Part shown: positions 31,367-40,807 of the stretch, one piece after another | Layout: every line of letters begins with the position of its first letter | Numbering within the stretch: the first letter of the stretch is position 1 | NCBI GenBank assembly: GCA_963796055.1 | Contig: CAWCKH010000004.1 | Coordinates: 1,472,001 to 1,536,000 of the forward strand | Origin: an uncultured delta proteobacterium | Lineage (GTDB): Bacteria > Myxococcota > Myxococcia > Myxococcales > Myxococcaceae | Direction of reading: 5' to 3' | Length of the DNA stretch: 64,000 bases | Notes under the pieces: generated by a model | What the model was told of the DNA's origin: nothing | Seen by the model: the letters and a program-made list of their open reading frames with translations, nothing else | The model's database searches: none | Made by a program: the position numbers and the translations under genes

Positions 31367-33421
31367 ATGCGAAGCCTTTCTCTTTCCGTCCTTCTCGTCG
31401 CCTGCGGCGCGGTCGCCGCGGAGCCGCCGGGTCGCGACACGCCGCTGCCAACGCTGCCGTACGCGCCAGGGCTCGACCCGAGCGCCATGGACCGCAGCGC
31501 GGACCCGTGCGTGGACCTCTACGCCTTCTCGTGCGGCGGCTGGCAGAAGCTCAATCCCATCCCCCCCGACCAGGCCACCTGGAGCGTCTACGGCAAGCTG
31601 CAGGACGAGATCCAGCGGCACCTCTGGGGGCTGCTCCAGACGGCGGCGGATCCGTCGTCGGCACGCAGCCCGGTCCAGGCGCAGATCGGCGACTACTTCG
31701 CCGCCTGCATGGACGAGGCGCGCATCGAGGCGCTGGGGAGCAAGCCGCTCCAGCCGGCCCTGGCGGCGCTGGCGAAGGTCAAGGACCGCCGGGGGCTCGC
31801 CGCGTGGCTCGCCGCGCAGCACCTCGCGGCGACGTCGAGCGAGCTGCTGTTCGGTTTCGGCTCGCAGCAGGACGCCACCGACGCGACGCAGTTCATCGCC
31901 GCGGCCTGGGCTGGTGGTCTCGGGCTGCCGGACCGCGACGACTACCTGGACCAGGATCCGAAGTCGAAGCAGCTGCGGGAACGGTACCGCGAGCACGTGG
32001 TCCGCACGCTCCAGCTGCTCGGGGACGACGCGGCCACCGCGAGCTCCACCGCGGCGGTGGTCATGGACATCGAGATCGCGTTCGCCACGGCGAGCCTCAC
32101 CCGGGTGGAACGCCGCGACCCGTACAAGGTCTTCCACAGGATGCGGAGAGCGGAGCTCGGCCGGCTGGCGCCGGACTTCGACTGGAAGACCTACCTCCAG
32201 GGGATGGGCGTCCCCGGCACGCAGGTGCTGAACGTGAGCCAGCCGAGGTTCGTCCAGGCGATGAACGCCGAGCTGAACAGGCGGCCGCTCGCGGACTGGA
32301 AGCGCTACCTGCGCTGGCACCTGGCGAACACCCAGGCGTCGTACCTCTCGCGGGCGTTCGTGGACGAGGACTTCACCTTCAACCGCAAGATCTTGCTCGG
32401 GACCGAGCAGCTCGCCCCGCGCTGGAAGCGGTGCGTGCGCTGGGTGGATCGGGATCTGGGCGAGGCGCTGGGACAGGTGTTCGTGCAGAAGAACTTCTCG
32501 CCCGAGCTCAAGCAGAAGACGCTGGAGATGGTGCATCGCATCGAGCGGGAGATGGAAGCCGACCTCAAGACGCTCGAGTGGATGTCGGCGCCCACCCGCG
32601 AGCGCGCACTGGAGAAGATGAGGGCGATGGCGAACAAGATCGGCTACCCCGACCGGTGGCGCGACTACACCTCGATCCAGCTTGCCCGTGACGATTTCCA
32701 GGGGAACGTCGCCCGGTCGGTGCGGTTCGAGAGCGCGCGACAGCTCGGCCGCATCGGCAAGCCCGTGGACCGCGGCGAGTGGGAGATCACGCCGCAGACG
32801 GTGAACGCGTACTACAGCCCGACGATGAACGACATGAACTTCCCGGCCGCGGTGCTCCTGCCGCCGCTCTATGATCCGAAGATGGACGCCGCGCCGGGCT
32901 ACGGGAACACCGGCGGCACCATCGGCCACGAGCTCACCCACGGGTTCGACGACGAGGGCCGGCAGTACGATGCGAAGGGCAACCTGGAGGACTGGTGGAC
33001 TGAGCAGGACGCGGCCGAGTTCAAGCGGCGGGCCTCCTGCATCTCGGACCAGTACTCGGGCTACATCGCGGTGGACGACCTCCACGTGAACGGGAAGCTG
33101 ACGCTCGGGGAGGACGTGGCCGATCTCGGCGGGCTCATCCTCGCCCATCGCGCCTGGAAGGACGCCACCGCCACCCAGCGCCTGGTGCCCATCGATGGGC
33201 TCACCCCGGAGCAGCGATTCTTCGTGGGCTACGCGCAATGGGCCTGCGCCAACGTTCGTCCGCAGACCATGCGACTCCTCGCGAGAACCAACCCGCACTC
33301 GCCTCCGAGATACCGGGTGAACGGGCTGGTGGTGAACATGCCGGAGTTCGGGCACGCCTTCTCGTGCAAGCCGGGCGCGCCGATGACCAAGCCGGCGGAG
33401 AAGGTCTGCAAGGTGTGGTGA
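31367..33421 (+). CDS. M13 family (neprilysin/PepO-like) metalloendopeptidase, copy 1
   Basis: DPCVDLYAFSCGGW, NAYY, GHELTHGFD, GEDVADLGG, PHSP..YRVNG. Confidence 0.95.
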   Translation: MRSLSLSVLLVACGAVAAEPPGRDTPLPTLPYAPGLDPSAMDRSADPCVDLYAFSCGGWQKLNPIPPDQATWSVYGKLQDEIQRHLWGLLQTAADPSSARSPVQAQIGDYFAACMDEARIEALGSKPLQPALAALAKVKDRRGLAAWLAAQHLAATSSELLFGFGSQQDATDATQFIAAAWAGGLGLPDRDDYLDQDPKSKQLRERYREHVVRTLQLLGDDAATASSTAAVVMDIEIAFATASLTRVERRDPYKVFHRMRRAELGRLAPDFDWKTYLQGMGVPGTQVLNVSQPRFVQAMNAELNRRPLADWKRYLRWHLANTQASYLSRAFVDEDFTFNRKILLGTEQLAPRWKRCVRWVDRDLGEALGQVFVQKNFSPELKQKTLEMVHRIEREMEADLKTLEWMSAPTRERALEKMRAMANKIGYPDRWRDYTSIQLARDDFQGNVARSVRFESARQLGRIGKPVDRGEWEITPQTVNAYYSPTMNDMNFPAAVLLPPLYDPKMDAAPGYGNTGGTIGHELTHGFDDEGRQYDAKGNLEDWWTEQDAAEFKRRASCISDQYSGYIAVDDLHVNGKLTLGEDVADLGGLILAHRAWKDATATQRLVPIDGLTPEQRFFVGYAQWACANVRPQTMRLLARTNPHSPPRYRVNGLVVNMPEFGHAFSCKPGAPMTKPAEKVCKVW

Positions 33422-33480
33422 GCCGGGTAGGACCAAGGGAGCATGACCGGCGGGGAAGGGCACCGGCTAGGGTCTCCGGC

Positions 33481-35544
33481 ATGCCCCAGTGTCTCCTGCT
33501 CTCCGCACTGCTCGGCGCCACCGTGCTCGCCGCGCCCGCTGCCGAGCCCGCGCCCGCCGAGGGTCCCCTGGCGACGCTGCCTTACACGCCCGGCCTCGAC
33601 CCCTCGTCGATGGACCGGAGCGTGGACCCGTGCGTGGACTTCTACGCCTTCTCCTGTGGCGGCTGGCTGGCGAGGAACACCATCCCGCCGGACCAGGGGG
33701 CGTGGAGCGTGTACGGCAAGCTGGAGGCGGACATCGAGCGGCACCTCTGGGGCCTGCTCCTGACCGCGGCCAGCCCCTCCGCGGCGCGGAGCGCGGTGCA
33801 GGTGCAGATCGGTGACGACTTCGCCGCCTGCATGGACGAGGCGCGCATCGAGGCGCTGGGGAGCAAGCCGCTCCAGCCCGCGCTCGAGGCGCTCGCCCGG
33901 GTGAAGGACCGCAGAGGCCTCGCGGAGTGGGTCGCCCGACAGCACCTCGCCACCCGGACCGGACGGCTGCTCTTCGGCTTCGACGCCGAGCAGGACGCCT
34001 CCGACGCCACCCAGTACATCGCCGCGGTGTACGCGGGCGGCATCGGCCTTCCCGATCGTGACGATTACCTGGACCAGGACGCCAAGGCCCGGGAGCAGCG
34101 CAGCAAGTACCAGGAGCACGTGGTGCAGACGCTGCAGCTCCTGGGCGACGACACGGCCACCGCGAAGGCCACTGCCAGGGTGGTGATGGACATCGAGACC
34201 GCGCTGGCCAGGGCCACGCTCACCCGTGTCGAGCAGCGCGATCCGTACAAGATCTACCACCGAGTCCCGCTGGAGAAGCTGACCCGGATGGCTCCCACCT
34301 TCGACTGGAAGGCCTACCTGGCCACCGCGGGCGTTCCGGGGACCCAGGTTCTCAACGTGAGCCAGCCCGGCTTCTTCCAGGCGCTCGACCGCGAGCTGAA
34401 GCGCCGTCCGCTCACGGACTGGAAGCGGTACCTGCGCTGGCACCTGGTGAACGTGAGCGCCCGCTACCTCTCGCGCGCCTTCGTGGACGAGGACTTCGCC
34501 TTCCACGGCAAGTACCTGTCCGGCACCGAGCAGATGGCGCCCCGCTGGAAGCGGTGCGTGCGCTGGGTGGACCGCGATCTGGGCGAGGCGCTGGGCCAGG
34601 TCTTCGTGCAGAAGAACTTCTCCTCCGAGCTCAAGCAGCAGACGCTGACCATGGTCCTGGCCATCGAGCACGCGATGGAGGAGGACCTGAGGACCCTGGA
34701 GTGGATGTCCCCCTCCACCCGCGCCCGGGCGCTGGAGAAGCTCGCGGCGATGGCGAACAAGATCGGCTACCCGGACCGGTGGCGCGACTACTCCTCGATC
34801 CAGCTTGCCCGGGACGACTTCTTCGGCAACGTCACCCGCGCGGTGCAGTTCGAGAGCGCCCGGCTCCTGGGCCACATCGGCAAGCCGGTGGACCGCGGCG
34901 AGTGGGAGATGACGCCGCAGACGGTGAACGCCTACTACAGCCCCTCGATGAACGACATGAACTTCCCGGCCGGGGTGCTCCAGCCCCCGCTCTACGACCC
35001 GAAGATGGACGCCGCGCCAGGCTACGGGAACACCGGCGGCACCATCGGCCACGAGCTCACCCACGGGTTCGACGACGAGGGCCGCCAGTACGACGCCCGG
35101 GGCAATCTCCGAGATTGGTGGACCAAGCAGGACGCCGCCGAGTTCGACCGGCGGACCGCCTGCGTGTCGGACCAGTACTCGAGCTACATCGCGGTGGACG
35201 ACATCCACGTGAACGGCAAGCTCACGCTCGGCGAGGACGTGGCGGACCTGGGCGGTCTGGTGCTCGCCTACCGCGCCTGGAGGGCGTCCACCGCGAACCA
35301 GCGCCTGATGCCCATCGACGGGCTCACCCCCGAGCAGCGCTTCTTCGTCGGCTACGCCCAGTGGGCCTGCGCCAACGTGCGGCCGCAGATCCTCCGGCTG
35401 CGGGCGCGGACCGATCCGCATTCCCCTTCGAAGTACCGGGTGAACGGGCTGGTGGTGAACATGCCCGAGTTCGGCCAGGCCTTCGCGTGCAAGGCGGGCG
35501 CGCCGATGACCAAGCCGAAGGAGAAGGTCTGCAAGGTCTGGTGA
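33481..35544 (+). CDS. M13 family metalloendopeptidase, copy 2
   Basis: Same motifs; tandem paralog with a signal peptide. Confidence 0.95.
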   Translation: MPQCLLLSALLGATVLAAPAAEPAPAEGPLATLPYTPGLDPSSMDRSVDPCVDFYAFSCGGWLARNTIPPDQGAWSVYGKLEADIERHLWGLLLTAASPSAARSAVQVQIGDDFAACMDEARIEALGSKPLQPALEALARVKDRRGLAEWVARQHLATRTGRLLFGFDAEQDASDATQYIAAVYAGGIGLPDRDDYLDQDAKAREQRSKYQEHVVQTLQLLGDDTATAKATARVVMDIETALARATLTRVEQRDPYKIYHRVPLEKLTRMAPTFDWKAYLATAGVPGTQVLNVSQPGFFQALDRELKRRPLTDWKRYLRWHLVNVSARYLSRAFVDEDFAFHGKYLSGTEQMAPRWKRCVRWVDRDLGEALGQVFVQKNFSSELKQQTLTMVLAIEHAMEEDLRTLEWMSPSTRARALEKLAAMANKIGYPDRWRDYSSIQLARDDFFGNVTRAVQFESARLLGHIGKPVDRGEWEMTPQTVNAYYSPSMNDMNFPAGVLQPPLYDPKMDAAPGYGNTGGTIGHELTHGFDDEGRQYDARGNLRDWWTKQDAAEFDRRTACVSDQYSSYIAVDDIHVNGKLTLGEDVADLGGLVLAYRAWRASTANQRLMPIDGLTPEQRFFVGYAQWACANVRPQILRLRARTDPHSPSKYRVNGLVVNMPEFGQAFACKAGAPMTKPKEKVCKVW

Positions 35545-35551
35545 GCCGTGC

Positions 35552-36079
35552 TCAGGCGTCCCCCGGGATGTAGTAGCGCTCGATGTACTCGCTCTCGAAG
35601 GGCTGCCCGTCGAGCTTGGCCGGCGAGAAGCGGCCCCGGAGCAGGTGCTCGGTGTAGGTGGCGTTGTACCCGCCGTTCTTGATTCCGCGGCACTTGATGG
35701 CTTCGCCCTCCACCGTGACCGTGCAGGCCACCTCGCCGTAGGAGGCCGAGGCCTTCGGGAGCCCGTGGCCGATGTCGTCCGGCAACGGGCTGAGCCGCTT
35801 CGGCGCGGTGTACCGCTTGTCGAGCGTGTCGCAGGCGCGCGCATCACCCTGCTCGCACGCAGCACCGAGGAGCCGCGCCGCCTTGTCCGGCTGCTTGTCC
35901 TGGGACGCCGGGTCGATCAGCGCCAGCGCCTGGTCCGTGCACCGCTTCGCGCGCTCCCCGGTGCACAGCTGCACGGTGTCGGTGTCGGGAGGCGGGTACC
36001 AGTGCTTCAGCGAGACCGGGTTGAAGCCGTGGGCACAGCCGAGGGCGGCAAGGAGCAGCAGACAGGAGCGGAGGCGCAT
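35552..36079 (-). CDS. Lipoprotein with a Sel1-like repeat and a TonB C-terminal-like domain
   Basis: Lipobox ALGC; AARLLGAACEQGDARAC; VACTVTVEG..C...RFSPAKLDGQP. Confidence 0.65.
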   Translation of the reverse strand: MRLRSCLLLLAALGCAHGFNPVSLKHWYPPPDTDTVQLCTGERAKRCTDQALALIDPASQDKQPDKAARLLGAACEQGDARACDTLDKRYTAPKRLSPLPDDIGHGLPKASASYGEVACTVTVEGEAIKCRGIKNGGYNATYTEHLLRGRFSPAKLDGQPFESEYIERYYIPGDA

Positions 36080-36179
36080 CGTCCGGCCAGCGTCGGCGAC
36101 GCGCCGACCTCGGTCAACGTCAAATCCTTCACCGGGAGTCGCAGACGCTTGCGCGGCGAGCGGCCGCTGTGTCACACAG

Positions 36180-36415
36180 CCGCTTGCCCCCGGGTGCCCA
36201 TGTCGGGCCCAACAGGGAAGCCGGTGAGAGTCCGGCGCGGTCCCGCCACTGTGAACGGAGCGGCCCGAGGAACCGGGCCGGTTCGACATCCTCCGTCGGT
36301 CGCCACTGCGGACGGCACGTTCCGCGGGAAGGTGGGAGGACGAACGCGGACGTGAAGGTGCCATCGGGGCGCCGCCCACGTTTCCGGATCCGTGAGCCAG
36401 GAGACCTGCCCGAGG
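36180..36415 (+). ncRNA. Cobalamin (AdoCbl) riboswitch
   Basis: GGTGCCC...AACAGGGAAGCCGGTGAGAGTCCGGCGCGGTCCCGCCACTGTGA, GCCACTG, GGGAAGG, B12 box GAGCCAGGAGACCTGCC; upstream of a TonB-dependent receptor. Confidence 0.95.
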
Positions 36416-36486
36416 GTGCGGCGCCGGAGGCCCCGGCGACGGCGGAAGGCCTTTCTCTCTTCGGCGAAGAGAGTGGAAGGCGGTCG

Positions 36487-38406
36487 ATGGGCGGATGGCG
36501 ATGGGCCCGGGCGTGTCTCGGGCCGGCATTGAGTGTGGCGTCCATCGCCTGGGGCCAGTCCCCCGCGGCGGTGGAGCTGCCGCCCGTGGACGTGCCCGTC
36601 CCGGCCGCCCCTCCTCCTCCCGAGTCGCCGCTGGTCCGTGACCCCACCGGGCTGACCACGGTGGTGGACGTCGGCTCGCGCCGGGCCGAGGTCTCCACGG
36701 TGGGGGTGCTGGTCGGTGAGGCGCCGGGAGTGGTGCTGCAGCAGAGCGGGGGCCTGGGCCAGAGCGAGCAGCTCACCCTGCGCGGGGCGTCGAGCACCGG
36801 AGTGCTGGTGCTGCTCGACGGCGTGCCGCTGAACGGGCTGGGGGGCATCGCCGACCTGAGCCTCGTCCCGCTCGCGGCGGTCCATCAGGCGGAGGTGCTC
36901 CGGGGCGGCGCGGGGGCGCGCTACGGCGCGGGGGCGCTGGGCGGGGTGGTGAACCTCGTCACCCGGAGCGCGGCCGAGCCCGTGGTCTCCGGCGACCTCG
37001 GAGTGGGCAGCTTCGGCACCTACCAGGGAGGCGCGAGCGCCTCGGGACCCGTGCTCGGCGGCTCGGGATTGCTCGAGCTGCACGCCGGCCACACCGACGG
37101 CGACTTCACCTACGTCTACGACCCGCTCGCCGGCACGCCGGCCAGCAAGCCCCAGACCTTGGTCCGCCAGAACAACCAGGCGACCTGGGCGGGCGGGCTC
37201 GCCAAGGGCGGCGGGCGGCTGGGGTCCTGGCTGCTCGACGGGCTCTTCCTGGTCAGCGCACTGTCGCGGGGCCTCGCCGGCACGGTGGACAACCCATCGC
37301 CGGACGCGCACCAGGATTTCCTCGGGCTGCAGGCCGGGCTTCGCCTGTCGCGCGCCTTCGCCTCGGGCGCGGACACCTCGTTCCGGATCGACGCCCGCCG
37401 CGAGACCAATACCTTTCGAGGCGGCTTCTTCTCGCAGGACACACAGTGGTGGCAGGCCTCGCTGAGCTGGGATGGGACGCTGCCACTCGGGGACCACTGG
37501 CTCTCGGCCTCCGCGTCGCTGGGGCTGTCCTTCGCCGATGCCGGGACGCGCGCGCCACGGTGGGCGGTCACCTCGGTCTCGCTCCAGGACGAGTGGCGCC
37601 TGGCCCGGGGCCGGCTCTCGGTCGTGCCCTCGGTTCGCCTCGACCAGGCGGGCGGCTTCGTGGGGGTCTCCCCCAAGCTCGGCGTGTCCTGGGCGCTTCC
37701 CGCCGGCGTCACGGTGCAGGCCAACGTGGGCCAGTCCTTCCGGGTTCCCTCGTTCCTCGAGCTCTTCATCCCCAGCGGGACGACGCTCGCCAACCCGGAC
37801 CTCCAGCCCGAGCGCGGCGCATTCGTGGACGCGGCGGTGGGCGTGTCCGGTTCCGCGGGAATGGCCCGGGTGGCCGGATTTGCCGCCCAGTACGAAGACC
37901 TCATCGTCTACGAGTACCAGCCGCCGCTCGCCGCCCGGCCGCACAACGTCGGGGCCGTGCGGGCAGCCGGGCTGGAGGCGGAGGGCCGGCTGGTTCCGGC
38001 CTCGTGGATGGAGCTGAGCGGAAGCTACGGCCTGCTCTTCACCGAGAACATCCGGGACGTCGCCCCCTACTTCGGCCAGGAGGTCCCCTACCGCCCGCGG
38101 CACCGGGGGACGTTCCGGGTGACGATGGGTCCCGAGCGGGTCCGGGTGCATGCCACGCTGCGCGCCCAGTCCCGGATGACGGTCAACCGCTCGGCCACCC
38201 TCGCCCTCGACGGGCGGGTGATGGTGGACGCCGGGGTGGAGGTCCTGGTCTCGCGCCGACCCGAGCTCCTGCTGTCCCTCGCCTCCACCAACCTCGGTGA
38301 CGTCCAGGCCAGAGACCTCGACGCCTACCCGCTGCCTGGCCGGGCCTTCCTCGCCACCCTGACCCTGCGCCTCGACCTGGGGCGCGCTCCTGAGAGGTTT
38401 CCATGA
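36487..38406 (+). CDS. btuB: TonB-dependent receptor, probable cobalamin transporter
   Basis: Plug motifs LRGASS..VLVLLDGVPL and EVLRG...YGAGALGGVVN; FRVPSFLEL, NPDLQPE, YPLPGR; follows a B12 riboswitch. Confidence 0.88.
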   Translation: MGGWRWARACLGPALSVASIAWGQSPAAVELPPVDVPVPAAPPPPESPLVRDPTGLTTVVDVGSRRAEVSTVGVLVGEAPGVVLQQSGGLGQSEQLTLRGASSTGVLVLLDGVPLNGLGGIADLSLVPLAAVHQAEVLRGGAGARYGAGALGGVVNLVTRSAAEPVVSGDLGVGSFGTYQGGASASGPVLGGSGLLELHAGHTDGDFTYVYDPLAGTPASKPQTLVRQNNQATWAGGLAKGGGRLGSWLLDGLFLVSALSRGLAGTVDNPSPDAHQDFLGLQAGLRLSRAFASGADTSFRIDARRETNTFRGGFFSQDTQWWQASLSWDGTLPLGDHWLSASASLGLSFADAGTRAPRWAVTSVSLQDEWRLARGRLSVVPSVRLDQAGGFVGVSPKLGVSWALPAGVTVQANVGQSFRVPSFLELFIPSGTTLANPDLQPERGAFVDAAVGVSGSAGMARVAGFAAQYEDLIVYEYQPPLAARPHNVGAVRAAGLEAEGRLVPASWMELSGSYGLLFTENIRDVAPYFGQEVPYRPRHRGTFRVTMGPERVRVHATLRAQSRMTVNRSATLALDGRVMVDAGVEVLVSRRPELLLSLASTNLGDVQARDLDAYPLPGRAFLATLTLRLDLGRAPERFP

Positions 38407-39974
38407 GGTCGTCTCCCCGAGTGGTCCTCGCCGCTCTCCTCCTCACCGCCTCCGCGTTGCTGCCCGGATGCCTCTCCTCGAGCGAGCTGGAGTGCGCCGC
38501 CGGAACCGTGCGCTGCGGTGACACCTGCGTCTCCACGCAGACCGACAGCAACAACTGCGGCTCGTGCGGCTCGGCCTGCAGCGGCGGGAACGTCTGCGTG
38601 GCCGGAGCGTGCGTCTGCGGCACCGGGCAGACGGTGTGCAACGGCATCTGCACCACCACTGCGACCGACCCGCGGAACTGCGGCGCCTGCGGCCGCTCCT
38701 GCGGGTCGCTCGAGATCTGCGACCAGGGCGTGTGCTTCGACTGCAACAGCCAGCCGGGCATGTGCCAGCGGGCCTCCATCGTCGCCGGGTGCATCGACGG
38801 GGCGAGTGGCGGGCTCCGCCAGGTGCAGGACGCCCGGGCCACCGGTCTCACCATCGGGGCGATGATCGACCCGCCCTCCGCCTCGTTCCCCGACGCGCTG
38901 GGGGTGCTGGGCGGGGCGCTGCTCTACGCCGACCACGACAGCTCCAGCCTCTTCGAGATCCCCATCGCCGACCTGAGCGTGGCGAGCGCCGAGCGATTGC
39001 CCCTGGTGGGGGGAAGCACCGGCAGCAAGGCCGGGACGACGCAGCTGTACGTCGAGACCCCTGACGGCGGCACCGGACCGTCGCGCATCTACGCCATGAC
39101 CAGCTCGGTCAACGCGCTGCGGATCTTCGACGGGCCTCCGGCGGTCGACGCCGAGCAGCTCCTGGATGGCGGCGTCGGCCAGCTCGGCCTCACCGCGGCC
39201 GGCGGGGCGGCGTTCGATCCCGGGAGCTTCCCCGAGCCGTTCGCCAAGGTGGGCGACGAGGTGTTCGTCCCGCTCAATGCGACCGGCAAGGTGCTCCGGG
39301 TCGACATCAGCAACCCGGCGAGCGCGCAGGTGAAGGAGACCTTCGACCTGCAGCCGCTGATCGCCGCGCTCCCCGGCGGCGGGACCATCGCCGACGGCGG
39401 GGTGTTCTCGCCTTCGCCTACCCAGGCCATCGCTCGCAACGGGAAGGTCTACGTCTCGATGAACGTGCTCCGCTACCACGCCGATTTCAGCGGAGCGGAC
39501 TACGGGCCGCCCCTGGTGGCGCGGATCGACCCGACCCAGAGCGGCTCCGCGGCCGTCTCGGCGATCGCCCTGGACGGCAGCGAATGCCAGAACGTGAACT
39601 GGCTGGCCTCGGTGCCCCAGGGAAGCGCGTCCTCGCCGCTGCTCGTCTCCTGCGCCGGGGCCCGGACCTACGACTCGAATTCCTTCGTGACCGCGGTCGC
39701 ACACACCACCCTGGTGCTGCTCGACGCCAGCGACCAGCGGGTGACTGCCTGGGTCCCGAGCACCGGGGCCGGGCAACCCCCTCCCAGCGTGGGCCGGGCA
39801 GTGCCGGTGAACGCCAGCGTGTACGTGGCCGATGAGACGGACAGTCGGCTGTACGTGCTCGACCTGGGGACCAATGCCCTGGTGGAGCGGGTGGGCAACA
39901 CGCCCGACGGCGGCACCCCGCCCAAGCTCTGCCCGAGCTACATCACCGACCTCGCGGTGGTGCCCCTGCCGTGA
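38403..39974 (+). CDS. Cys-rich (MXAN_6577/Stig1-like repeats) beta-propeller lipoprotein
   Basis: Lipobox LPGC; two D..NCG.CG..C repeats; propeller-like blades (EVFVPLNATGKVLRVD, NGKVYVS, VYVADETDSRLYVLD); ATGA overlap with btuB. Confidence 0.8.
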   Translation: MRSSPRVVLAALLLTASALLPGCLSSSELECAAGTVRCGDTCVSTQTDSNNCGSCGSACSGGNVCVAGACVCGTGQTVCNGICTTTATDPRNCGACGRSCGSLEICDQGVCFDCNSQPGMCQRASIVAGCIDGASGGLRQVQDARATGLTIGAMIDPPSASFPDALGVLGGALLYADHDSSSLFEIPIADLSVASAERLPLVGGSTGSKAGTTQLYVETPDGGTGPSRIYAMTSSVNALRIFDGPPAVDAEQLLDGGVGQLGLTAAGGAAFDPGSFPEPFAKVGDEVFVPLNATGKVLRVDISNPASAQVKETFDLQPLIAALPGGGTIADGGVFSPSPTQAIARNGKVYVSMNVLRYHADFSGADYGPPLVARIDPTQSGSAAVSAIALDGSECQNVNWLASVPQGSASSPLLVSCAGARTYDSNSFVTAVAHTTLVLLDASDQRVTAWVPSTGAGQPPPSVGRAVPVNASVYVADETDSRLYVLDLGTNALVERVGNTPDGGTPPKLCPSYITDLAVVPLP

Positions 39975-40807
39975 AGCCGGTCGCCCTCCTCGCGCTGCTG
40001 CTGCTTGGCGCCGGTGCGGACCCCGGTCCGCTGCGGATGCTGGGGCCTGCGCCGCGGGGAGAGGTGCGCCGGGTGGTGACGCTCGCCCCATCGCTGACCG
40101 ACGTGGTCCTCGCGCTCGGCGCCGGGGACCGGCTGGTGGGGGTGTCCCGGTTCGACGAGCGGCCCGAGGTGGCCCGCCTGCCGCGGGTGGGGGGATTCGT
40201 CGACCCCAGCGTGGAGGCGGTGATGGCCCTGCACCCGGATCTGGTGCTGTCCCAGCCGGGCCCCGGGAACCGGCGGGCGGTGGAGACGATGGCCGAGCTC
40301 GGCGCGCCGGTGCTCCTGTTGCCATTGGGGACGGTGGCGGACGTGCTCGCCGCCGAACGCGCCATTGGCAAGGCGCTCGGCCGGGCCGAGCAGGGCGAGG
40401 CGCTGGCGCGCGGGCTCGAGGCAACACGCGCCCGCATCCGGGAGCGGGCCGCTGCCGAGCGGCCGGTGCGGGTGCTGCTGGTCTACGGCTTCGAGCCGCT
40501 GGTGGTGGCCGGCCCGGGCGGCTTTGCCGACGAGCTGCTGTCCGACGCCGGAGCGGTGAACGTCGCCGGCGACGCCGTCAGTCCCTACCCGGTGTACTCG
40601 GTGGAGCGCGCCCTTCAGCGCCGCCCCGAGCTCATCCTCGACGCCGCCGACACACCGGCGGGCCGCGACCGGTTGCGGACGCTCCCCGGTCTGGCCGAGG
40701 CCCGGTGGGCCGAGGTGCCCGGGCGGGCGCTCCTCCACCCCGGCCCGGCGCTCGGGCGGGGGCTGGAGCAGCTCTTCTCGCTGGTGCACCCCGGAGCCGG
40801 GCGATGA
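39971..40807 (+). CDS. btuF: Cobalamin ABC transporter substrate-binding protein
   Basis: RVVTLAPSLTDVVLALGAGDRLVGVS, PDLVL, LLHPGP. Confidence 0.88.
   Translation: MKPVALLALLLLGAGADPGPLRMLGPAPRGEVRRVVTLAPSLTDVVLALGAGDRLVGVSRFDERPEVARLPRVGGFVDPSVEAVMALHPDLVLSQPGPGNRRAVETMAELGAPVLLLPLGTVADVLAAERAIGKALGRAEQGEALARGLEATRARIRERAAAERPVRVLLVYGFEPLVVAGPGGFADELLSDAGAVNVAGDAVSPYPVYSVERALQRRPELILDAADTPAGRDRLRTLPGLAEARWAEVPGRALLHPGPALGRGLEQLFSLVHPGAGR

Noticed and set aside
27619..32691. 1690-aa plus-strand ORF
   Set aside because: Shadow of the DUF4175 gene and an off-frame read of the M13 gene; long stop-free frames are expected at this GC content
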